Below are positions 51,201 to 61,593 of a DNA stretch of 64,000 nucleotides, in pieces; position 1 is the stretch's first letter, and each line of letters begins with the position of its first letter. The DNA is from Selaginella moellendorffii (lineage: Eukaryota > Plantae > Lycopodiophyta): the NCBI RefSeq assembly GCF_000143415.4, contig NW_003314324.1:633379-697378 (forward strand). Direction: 5' to 3'. The position numbers and the translations under genes are program-made. The notes below the pieces were generated by a model. The model made no database searches, was not told where the DNA came from, and saw nothing but the letters and a program-made list of their open reading frames with translations.

Positions 51201-51279
51201 CCATAGACACAAGGGTCCCTTTTGCAACTCTCTTCCCACCATTCAAAATGTAAACCTTTTCCCCAACCCTGAAGGCCAT
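48211..51279 (-). pseudogene. Sola-type DDD transposase of about 1020 aa, single frame with 4 premature stops
   Basis: ATG at 51279 and ORFs 50131-50964, 48733-50088, 48211-48684 are all in one frame. Motifs: CCKRRC, FSKCDEC, IIHDKMDQKK, LLQTDNAGSDNNN, FLMVGHTHEDVDAMFS. SH3/Tudor-like C-terminus (VVLVRP...WVG...VTVEWF). Confidence 0.85.
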
Positions 51280-51467
51280 TCTGAAAGTGCAGAAAAGAAG
51301 TTAAGACCATACAAAAAATGATTGGAGAATGGCCTAAATCATAACATACCAAACAACCTCAATAGCATGAGGCTACATGCCATTATTCAAACATGCTATT
51401 GACACCCACGTGAAATTTCGCATTCACAAAATTGGCATGAGCACTCATCCCATTAGTGGTACCACTA

Positions 51468-51659
51468 ATGGCATGAGGCCTCACGCTATCTTTGGCCCCT
51501 GCTAGCCTGTTGCTATATTCCTTTTGCCTTGCTGCAACTGTATATATTTTTGTGTGCGTGACTAGTCACCCATACAAAAATATATATAGTTGCAGCAAGG
51601 CAAAAGGAATATGACAATAGGCTAGCAGAGGCCAAAGATGGCATGAGGCCTCATGCCAT
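51468..51659. repeat. Near-perfect 190-bp inverted repeat (hairpin) centred on GTGACTAGTCAC
   Basis: Arm TCTTTGGCCCCTGCTAGCCTGTTGCTATATTCCTTTTGCCTTGCTGCAACTGTATATATTTTTG pairs with CAAAAATATATATAGTTGCAGCAAGGCAAAAGGAATATGACAATAGGCTAGCAGAGGCCAAAGA. Confidence 0.93.
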
Positions 51660-53856
51660 CTTAATATACACACAGCTGCAGGCAAGTAAAAACATACATG
51701 ACAATACGCTAGCCATGAAATTGCAAGGGCCCAAGATGGCATGTGGCCTCATGCCATTTCTAAATGTGGTCCTAAGCCATTCCATGGTGAACATACCAGG
51801 AAGCACAAGTGCCGAATATCAAGAGGAAGCGGTAGCCACACCAAAGACAGTGCCGCTCGCAACACCGCAACTACTCGTAGCGCCGCTCGCAACACCGCAA
51901 CTGCTCGTAGCGCCGCTCGCACAAACTGCCACTCGCATAAACTGCCGCTCACAATGGCGCTCGCAATGCCGCAACCGCTCGTAGATGCATAAACCACAGC
52001 TCACAACGCCGCTTACACAAGCAGCGCTCACTGCGCTCAGCGGAACCAAGAACACGGCGCACAAAAATGATAGACCTAGGAATGTGTTCGAGAATTCAAA
52101 AATAACACACGCTTGAACGTCACATCAAATCCTCTGACAAACCAGATCTTATGATTCCTCTGACAAATTTCAAACTGAGTAGCTTCTAGACTTTGCTGTC
52201 GGAGGTTGAACTTTGTCACATCATGTCCTTGCCTCGATCCAGCTGTGCCATGTCAGTGATTCGAACTTTGCCATGCCATGTCAGCGATCCGCGCCAAGAT
52301 TATTTGCCGTGTAAAGGAATAATTATGCTGTGTGTGTACGTCCATTTATGGCAATATAAGGCCACACGCCATTCAAAGAATAATGCTAGTCGAGCATTTT
52401 TTTGTGCATTTTTGGGTTCAAAATTGCATGAGCCCACACGCTATAAAGTTTACCTGTACCAAAAATAGAAACAGCTTTATTTACTTGGGAATTTAAGTGG
52501 TTGAGGCATTTTTAAACTTACAAACACATGCCCTACTTACATTCCTTTGGTTGCTTAAAATTCAAAAATATTATAAACCTTTCTTTTTGTATTTTCAATG
52601 TTTTCAATTATGGTTTTTGATTTTCGCAGGACCAGCCTAGTAATCTATTTGCATCCCGTCATGTTTATAGCTAGCTTTCGTTTGTGCCCTTCGCTAGCCT
52701 GAGATACATCTGCTCGGCATCTGCCTCTTACAGCATTTGCCCAGAAAGGGCATCTTTCTTCACGCAGCATTTGCCACATGTTTAGGGTTTAGGGTTTAGC
52801 AATTCAATAGCTTGATAAACATGCAAATACAGAACTTGATGCAAAATCCTTTGATATGTCACAATGCCCCTAGGACCATAAACACATTTCAATAGAGAGG
52901 GTCCTTTCATTTCATAACTCCTTACGTAGATCTTGGTGAAACTAGAGTTAGTGAAGTTGGTTTCTTGTGATCCCGCATCTGATTGTGATGTCCCTTTGCA
53001 GTGTCGATGGAAAGGTCAATGCACACCAAACTGTAGAATCTTGGAGAAAAATAACGGTCGGATCTATGGCAAATGCCCCTGAAACATTGTAAGGCTCGTG
53101 TGGTCTCATGTGGTGTCCGATCGAGATGCTTCTTTGTAGGGTCATCAAGAAGGACATTGTATACCATTCTTTATTTAGCTGAACATCTGGCATTTTTGGA
53201 AATACAAGATGCTTTGGAATATCCAATCATGCATGGTATAAATATAGCGAGGGTATTAAATGATATCCCAATCATGATCTTTCTTTTGGATTTCGCGTGC
53301 ATGCAGTCCGAGGAATGATGACGTTGCGGATTTCTTTTGGATTTCACGTGCATGCATGCGCGCGGTGATGCAGAAATTAATGGTGGCGCCCAAGTCCGAG
53401 GAATGATGACGTGGCGGGATTACCAACCGTCGTGACATTTCGCGCGTGTGAGGTTAGGTTTTGCATTTTGCTTCGTACTCGCGCTCGCACACTCGTGCTC
53501 GCATCGCGCTCCCACTCGCGATCACACTCACATTCGTGCTCATCTACCTTCTCTACAGGTTTCTCGTGTGCATCGGCATCCACTCGCGCTTGCATCACAC
53601 TCGCGCTCGCATCGCGCTTGCATCGCGCTTGTGTGCATCGGCATCCACTTCAAGACACACCCAGTTTGTAACTTCGCCGCCAACTCCACCGCCCACTCCA
53701 CCACCCACACGCAGCCCTCTTGGCGTCCTGGGAGATTTCAGCACCACTCTCCAACTATAAGTGGCAGAGTAGCCCTCCTGCTACGATCCGCTGCACACAC
53801 AATGCACATTTGCTAGTGAGTCTGGCCTCGATTGTCATGCCTCCATTCAGCTTCAA

Positions 53857-56800
53857 ATGGTAAGTCTTAGGCCAAGTAGAAAATGGCATGAGGCCACATG
53901 CCATTCAATAGCAACATTGGCATGCACCGATTGGGCTCTCGAGTGCAGTCCGGTTACAGATGGCGTGTAGCTTCACGCCATCTTAGGATGCAACCTCAAG
54001 ACATCTGATGCAGTGGTGAATGGCGTGTGGCCTCACATTATTTCCAGCTGCTAGCTTTTCATCTGTCAGCTCTAATTGTTGTGCATTTCTGAACAGGCGA
54101 GGAATTGCGTTCTTCTTCCAGCCACTGTCAATGTGGATGCAGAGAAGGGAGAGGAGCTCACCAGTTGGACTTTTGGGATGGAAGGCGAGGATCTGAGGCT
54201 GTACAACACAGATGGTGGGAGAAAAGAATGCATGGGGATCCTCATCCAAGTGACAGACACTCCATGCAGTTCCATGCAAGAATATGGACTGGCACTTGTG
54301 GTAGAGACAGCGTCTGCCTTCAAGATCCACCTTGCACATCCTAGCGGCTTCCCGGAGGGGGGCAGCGGCTATGAGGAATTCCTAAAGGGAGCTAGGGAGA
54401 GGTTGTCTAGGAGGCCCACAATTTCAAAGACGTTACGGGTCTATGAAGATCACATGGAATCCATGGACCTCACCTACGGCGATGTTCAAAAACTATATTC
54501 CAACATTGAGCCGTTGAGAGTGCCTCCAGTTCGCGAAGCGAAGGGGAAGGGGGTCGATCTGGAAACTACCCCGAAGCAGAAAAGGGTGGTCAAGCTCAAG
54601 CCGACGTCCGACTCTCCTGCTCCAAAAAAGAAGCTACTCGGTGATGCCATTGCCTCGGGTTCGAACACTACACCCACCAAAAAGAAGAGCCACAAAGAGC
54701 ATAAAGAGCAAGAAGAGGCAGCAAAAATCGTCGCAGATAATAGTACTTGTTACTATTCCAACAAAGTATATACAATCGACGTGAGCCGTATTGACATCCA
54801 AAGCAAATACAACCACAGGCTAGTATCTGATGAGTGGGTGGAGAAACTGAAGCAGAAGATGCTGGCAAGTCCAGTAACACCCGACATCGCAGACGTGATC
54901 CCCTACTACCGAACAATGAAGGGCGAGACGAGGTTTCCAGACTTGATCAATAGGAAGGTGTTGGACGATCAGAACATCCGGTTCTATGCTGTCTCCGGGC
55001 AGCATTCTAGCTTGGCGATGCAAGAGATAGTTGTGGATATTATAGTGGGCGAGGAGGTGAAGAAAGTCTTCAAGACAAGAGTTGTCTGCCTGATAAAAGG
55101 CAACTCGCCCCTCCGATCTATCATATACATCTCCCACGCGCAGAATGTCAAGCAAGAAACGTGCTACAAATCGGGTCTGCACGAGACATTGGCACGAACA
55201 CGGAAGCTCTGGGTTCAACTGAAGAAGCCACAAAAACCAGGACAAGGACGTGCACTAGCAACTAGCGCCTGGTAGGTAAGCCTCGTTGCATGTGGCATAG
55301 CATGTGGCCTCACGCCATTTCCATTGCAGGAATTCTCGAGTCTTCTCTCGAAAACACTGGGGGTCAATGACACACTCAGCATCCATAACATTCTACTCGC
55401 GACAAAAGTTGTTTTTGACAAATGGGTAGATGTGCTAAGGAGGTACCATGACGGGGAGTTGCTAAACTCAATGGGTGTGGAGGACGGCCGGAAGCCCAAT
55501 GATTTGAAGCTCAACGCCTTGCGTTTCTCGCGGTCTCTAGACGACGACGACCTTCTGACAGTGGCTAATGCTCTTCTACGTGGTGAGGTAGTCTTCAACA
55601 AGACCAAAATGACTCCCGGCCATATTGTGACATACGAGGACTTGTGCACGACTCTGAGAGCTCGTGCGCTATTGAAGGATTGGATCTTCGAGCAAGTGGC
55701 CGTGGCGAGGGTGAGCATCGACACCACGCAAGAGATGATGGAAGAGCTGGACTTGTCAAATAAAGATATCGACGAGTACTTGAAGGGGGCCCCCAAGTTC
55801 ATCGATCTGCTGCGGGATGCCACGAAAAGTAAAGCTGAGAAGTTGGATCAGTATCCAAATTTCATTAAGAGGGATGTCGACCGCCGGCTTCAGAAACAGC
55901 TCGACCCCGCAGCAGAGGCCTATCGAGAACCTTACCGGGTATACGTGAATTCAGATGAGGATCAAAGGTGGAGGAGCATCCTTTCCCGCGGAGATGAGTA
56001 GGTCAAGAACATCTTTTGTGTGATGGACTTCACAAACGAGGAGATCACTCATGCAGACGAAGTCAGCTCCATCATTGACTTAATGGTGGGACTTGCGGAG
56101 GTGGAATCTTCAGTCCACTATATGATCTACAACTCCGAATCCTATCACAAGTTCTGGAAGGCCTTGAACGAGGTGAAGGCTCGGTTGAAAGGCAAGGAGA
56201 TGCGGGAGATCCATGGGATAATGGCTAAGAAGAAGATACCGACGAATGTCCGCATCTTCACACTCGCCCTTGTTATTGGTCCTGCAGCAAAGTGGGACTG
56301 GAGTGACTTCCCAGCTTCGTTCGACAAGGCCGATTGAATTGATCTGAGGGAGGTCAATTTACCCGTGCCTGAGGAACTGAAGACGGCTATGGAGCTTTCG
56401 AATCCAGAGAAAGCTCCAGGTGCAGCATGGGAAATGCTCAACTGGGTCTTTAACGCAATAGCGGGTGGGTCACCTGCTTCCGACTCTAAGGGCAAATGCA
56501 TTGTCGAGTACAACTACAGCGGACTATTCTTTCGAGCCGCATTACTCAAGGGTGTCCCGTGTGTTGCGGTGACAAACTCCATTGAAGAGGTGACTTCAAT
56601 GGAGCATATAATTACAGTTGCCAAAGAAAAACAGTATCTTCTCTGCGAACCTAGTGAGTATGCACTTTAAGTTTAAATGTTATCTCACAAGCTCTGTATG
56701 CAGGAGCGTGGCCACCCCCAGATGCTGAAACGGCGTTAACAGCTACTGTTGAAGATACCCATGTTGGGCCGAGCTCACAACCTGCACAAGGTAAGGTCAC

Positions 56801-59473
56801 GTGAGGCCTCACGCCATTTTGATTATAGATCGTTGTGAATATTCAGACAAGAGGACTGAAAAGCGCACTGGTTGTGCGTCGAAGAAGGACAAACAGACAA
56901 GCAATAGGAAAAAAGGAGGTACAAATTATATTTGCAATGGCGTGTGGTCTCATGCCATTCCTTGCAGGAGACACTTCTTCAAAGGCAAAATAGGCAAGCA
57001 CCAGCCAAGCTCAAACTGACAGTGGTCATAAAAAGCGAAAGCACGTTGGACAGTCGTCGGGATCAGAGGCGTTTGATTCGAAAAGGAAGAAGGGCAACGA
57101 AAAGATGATAGGTAATGCCTCGCGGTTATGGCGTGTGTGCTCATGCCATTCATTGCAGATCAAGGGCTGAGTGAAAGCAGCCAGTCACCACCTCCTGACT
57201 TAGATTCCTATGGCGGACTCCCCTTCCCCAATCTCAATGGAGAGGTACAATGGATGAGGGATGTTTTTCAAGTCAGGGCCACGTTTTTCTCAACTTGTCA
57301 TCTTCGAAGGGTGCAAGAACGTGCAAAAACCATGTTAAGACAGTCGGGTGAGGATACGGTCCTAGGTCACGCACTAAAACAAACTATGGATGTCTTGTAT
57401 TTTGAGATGGAGACTCGGCCAGATGATTTTCCCAAGATGGTCCTGGAAGAACAAGCCATCCAGCCTGAGCAGCCTATGGAAGAAATGCAGGAGGGGGATG
57501 AGGAGCCAAAGAAAGATAATGAGCAGGAAGAGCAGAAGGACGAAGAGGAGGACAAAGAAGAGGAGGACGAAGAAGAGGAGGACGAAGAGGACTTGGATGG
57601 TCCTCACAATGGTGACGATCACAATAACGACGACGATGATGATGACGACGATGGCCAGCCTGAGGTGGCCAAAGAGCAGCGGAGGAAGGTCATACAAGAC
57701 AAACCATCAAGTAAATAATAGTACATCCATTCCTAACCTTTTACCATTTCTAACATTGTCCATGTAGGTCGCAGAGCAAATGGTAAGTAGAGATTATTCA
57801 GTTGAATTAAGATACAAACTCTAGCCTTTAGTGTCGAGGAAGGATAATGCCAAGCAAGGGTCAAAACGTATGTCCAATCCTTCAGAATCAGCAGTGCGCC
57901 CAAGTGATATCGGTCCTAGTTCCTCAATAGCAGTTGATGGTAAATATAGTATAGTCGATTCAATGTGCTAATGAGTTTGTTTTTTGTAGCCAGTAGGGAG
58001 GATACCATCTCAATCGAAGGGAGATATTTGGACATGCATATGTATCCGCCAGTGGACTCTACTTGCCTACAAGAGTCATCAGAGCTGGTGGAGGCTACTA
58101 TCCATATCAACGCCAAGCAAGCTGACCACGCTCCACTTGATGTTGCCCATACCACTGAGTCAATCTTGTCCATGTATCCAACTGATGGTGACCAGGCGCC
58201 ATTGGACCTGCATGAGGCCGCCCCAGCCACCGAGCCGGTCGTATCCTCATTTCCAACGGACTCAATGTGTGCCCAATCGTCTGACTACGCGCTGTTGGAA
58301 CCTCCCTACACCGCCCCTACTGCCTGTTCGGTCATGTCCACTTTGCCAACGGAGGCACCAGCTGAAATGGCGTGTGATCACACACCATCGGAACCACCCC
58401 ATGCCACTGTTGAGCCAGTTGTACTAGAGTCTACAGCTGAAATGGCATGTGCCCACACGCCATCGGATGCGATTGACCCCACATTGCAGAGGAGAGTATT
58501 TCTGCCCTTCACGTTTCCTCGACCAAAACCCTCTCAACGACCATCGGGAGCACCATTCGCTAATATTGTAGATGGTAAAATTGACTTGTACCATTTTTTA
58601 TGCTGACACATTTCATTTCAGAGTCACGGCGAAGGTACTATATCGTTTTTTATCTGAACGGTGTCCTTTTCTCCCATGAGCGTGGCTCGTCCTCGAATGT
58701 CACTACACCCTCCAAAGCCTGCGGTTGCAAGTTGGTCAAAAGAGACAGATTCACATTAATCACACGGGAGAAACTGCGGGATCTAATAATGACCATGCAA
58801 CACTTAAAACAGAGGGCCGGGTTCAATTTGCAATTGGGAGTTTGGACATCCATGATGTGCCACAATGCATTAACGTTGCTACAGATGATGCACGATCAGA
58901 CGCGAGTAATATTACCATTTGACTTTCTCCTAACGCAGGAGGATTGCTTGACTATGGTCCATGTGAGGGGTAGCAAGCCCATCTTCGTCAAGCCAGAGGC
59001 TGTAGTGATGAACCGGACTGCTAGGTCAAGTGAAATCCTCATCATCAATGACTCGCGATTAAAACTGCAACGAATATGCACACATATGCAGTGCACCCCA
59101 TCTCTTGCAGTATGGAAATTAGGGAGAAGAAACCGTATATTCTGCAAAATGGCCTGGAGCGATGGTGATAGAGAACCGGCCAGTCCAGGAGGTGGCTGTA
59201 GAAATCAACCAAATGGCAGATGGAACGGTATATCAGAAGCCATTTGATCGGACAGACACCAGTTATCATTTATGGCATGTATATTGTCTAGCCAAGCATT
59301 ATCCGCATCTCCATAATCTGCTCAACCGGATGGGTTCTTCGACCACTGAACATGAGCGTGGACGTATTAGAGAAGAGATGGCATTACTATTGGGTTTAAA
59401 TCCTGATAGTGTGGAGAGTGATGAAATTCCAAGATTATTGTATAGGCGTTGGAGGCAAAAAATAATAGTCTGA
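53857..59473 (+). pseudogene. Transposon accessory gene of about 1600 aa: ParB-N-like domain, degenerate methyltransferase-like region, acidic linker, FCP1/NIF HAD phosphatase-like domain; several premature stops
   Basis: ATG|GTAAG at 53857. Ten GT-AG introns (e.g. 53860-54096, 55276-55329, 58575-58621) splice all ORF pieces into one frame. Motifs: NHRLVSDEWVEKLKQKM...FYAVSGQHSSLAM; IVF(D/Y)LN(G/S)VL...GVWTS...KPIFVK...IIDDSP (DDSP intact in copy 2). Confidence 0.75.
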
Positions 59474-61247
59474 GATGACATGTATTTATTTAAAAATGTA
59501 ACTTATTATGGCATGGGGTTCCATGCCATTGTATTAATATTAAAAGACAATTCTTTGAGAGGATTTGCATTATACTAGAAGTGTTACAGCATGTTATTGG
59601 AAGTCTACGAAGTTGTTTTATTAATAAGGGGAAAGTAAAGATTGAATGGGGACTTGGGCTCCACCTAGACTCGGAGCAACTGAGCCAATATTAAAAGGAT
59701 GGAAAGAAATTGGACGACGATGACAAGGAGAAGAGAGAGGTGAAGCAGTGGCAGGGGGAGGAGAAGTGATTGAGTAGACATTTCCTTGTTTAAAATAAAA
59801 TGGCATGTGCCTCAATGCAGTTGAATTTTGTTATATTTATATACTATATAAAAGTTTGGAAACCTTATTTTACAAGTGGGATAATGACAATTCCCAATTT
59901 AACATAATAGAGCTTCTTCCTGGGTTAGACTGGACTTAAGGTTCGGCTACACTCCCCGCAGGCATAAGCAACCAAGCACACCAAGCCTCTAGGTTCCTAA
60001 TAACGTCCTTTGGTACCACAAGACTTGATCATGGGACTCTCTAAATCCCAAGTCTTGAGTGCAACACTTNNNNNNNNNNNNNNNNNNNNNNNNNNNNNNN
60101 NNNNNNNNNNNNNNNNNNNNNNNNNNNNNNNNNNNNNNNNNNNNNNNNNNNNNNNNNNNNNNNNNNNNNNNNNNNNNNNNNNNNNNNNNNNNNNNNNNNN
60201 NNNNNNNNNNNNNNNNNNNNNNNNNNNNNNNNNNNNNNNNNNNNNNNNNNNNNNNNNNNNNNNNNNNNNNNNNNNNNNNNNNNNNNNNNNNNNNNNNNNN
60301 NNNNNNNNNNNNNNNNNNNNNNNNNNNNNNNNNNNNNNNNNNNNNNNNNNNNNNNNNNNNNNNNNNNNNNNNNNNNNNNNNNNNNNNNNNNNNNNNNNNN
60401 NNNNNNNNNNNNNNNNNNNNNNNNNNNNNNNNNNNNNNCCTGCAGCCCCCCCCCCCCTGGGAGATGCATGCTTTGGGCTTTCACCCCTTGACCCGTATTA
60501 GTATTCGGACTTGGTATCGGACTTGATCTCGGACTCGATCTCGGACCCGACTTCGGACTCGGTCTCGGACTCAATCTCGGACCCGATCTCGGACTTGACT
60601 TCGGACTCGACCTTGGACTCGGTCTCAGACCCGATTTGGATCTCGAACTCTGTCTCAAACTCGGTCTCAAACTCGGTCTCCGATTCGGCCTCGGGCTCGA
60701 TCCCGGACTCTATCTCGAACTCGGTTTCAGAGTCGGTCTTAGACTCGATTTTCGACTCGGTCCCATCCGATGAACTCTTTGTCATTTTAGTCATGCTTTC
60801 GGGGATCCTTTCACCTACGACATTTTGGGGAGTCGGTTCCTTACAACTCCACCACCCATAGAAGAAGTTCGATACCCATATCGAACGTCTCTTTTTTATC
60901 CTATGACTTGTTGACCATGTCTCCGGGGGTATCCCCCCACTTAGCGGTGTGCCTAAGTTAGCCTCCTAGGCCAAGAGCTCATGACAACGGAATATAGGTG
61001 TCCCTATACCCCTCACCTCACCACGCCCTAGTATAGGGTCGGGACTTGAACCCAGCCTTGCTTTACTAGGGGGTTGGGACTTGAACCCAACCTCCGTAAA
61101 ATACGTCTACGGATTCGACATCCCCGCAGGAAGTCGGGCATAGTGCCCTACGCCTGGTCGACCTAGCTAACCCATACTAATTAGCTTACCTTCGGCATGC
61201 CTTCGGGTCCCAACATATGCCATTGCTCAACTTCACAAATTGATATT

Positions 61248-61593
61248 TTAATTGAACTTTGCATAAGTACATAGAGTTCTGCCTTGCAGAAATTCCTCCA
61301 CTAGATCTAGCGCGTTCATTAGGTTCTCCTCCAATTCCCATGTTGCTTCGCAGTGTGGTAATCCTTTCCAGTTCACATGGAACTCTCTCACCTCGCATCC
61401 TTGTCGCTTGCTCTTGTATGCATTGAGGATGGCCTCGACTTTGTATTCTTCTTCCCCTTTGATAACCTCAGGTAAAGGTCTTACTTGGTCCTTGCGAAGC
61501 GGATCCTCAAAGTACGGCTTGAGTAAATTCACGTGGAACATTGGGTGCATCTTCCCCATCTCTTGCGGAAGTCGGAAATGGTAAGCCACTTTA
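61248..61593 (-). pseudogene. Integrase C-terminus plus chromodomain of the chromovirus, truncated by transposon copy 2
   Basis: VAYHFRLP...HPMFHVNLLKPY and EEEYKVEAIL...FHVNWKGLPHCEATWE.EENL. Confidence 0.92.

Larger units (their letters stand above)
47120..59822. repeat. Dispersed 22-bp palindrome ATGGCRTG-N6-CAYGCCAT, more than 20 copies within the transposon
   Basis: Copies at about 47211, 47811, 47971, 48117, 49459, 49516, 51362, 51432, 51468, 51638 (perfect ATGGCATGAGGCCTCATGCCAT), 51736, 53883, 53960, 54020, 55297, 56796, 56937, 57128, 58367, 58442, 59508, 59800, plus weaker ones. Confidence 0.92.
46580..59915. mobile_element. 13.3-kb TIR DNA transposon (Sola-like), copy 1
   Basis: Left end ATGCTCTATTTCGTTAAAGTGGGA; right end reverse complement AAGCTCTATTATGTTAAATTGGGA. 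4-bp TSD CTTC (46576-46579, 59916-59919). Empty site seen in sister LTRs (AATCCCCCTCC.CGGGTTAGAC). Confidence 0.9.
46369..61593 (-). mobile_element. 3' part of a chromodomain-bearing Ty3/Gypsy (chromovirus): 3' LTR 46369-46579 + 59916-60845, 3' UTR, integrase C-terminus; interrupted twice by a DNA transposon
   Basis: LTR matches the 36752 and 40062 LTRs and resumes exactly after the insertion. PPT GGGTGGTGGAGT next to 60845. Chromodomain ORF present. Confidence 0.9.

Noticed and set aside
52781-52799. Interstitial telomere
   Set aside because: Under three TTTAGGG units, more consistent with a telo-box or chance.
47120-59822. Palindromic repeats as a CRISPR array
   Set aside because: Irregular spacing from tens to thousands of bp, no uniform spacers, no cas genes, eukaryotic intron context.
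60010-60670. ORFs spanning N runs (also 40637-41089)
   Set aside because: Artefacts of assembly gaps.
61020-61100. tRNA gene or SINE
   Set aside because: B-box-like motifs only; no cloverleaf, A box or TSD found. Kept only as a motif finding.
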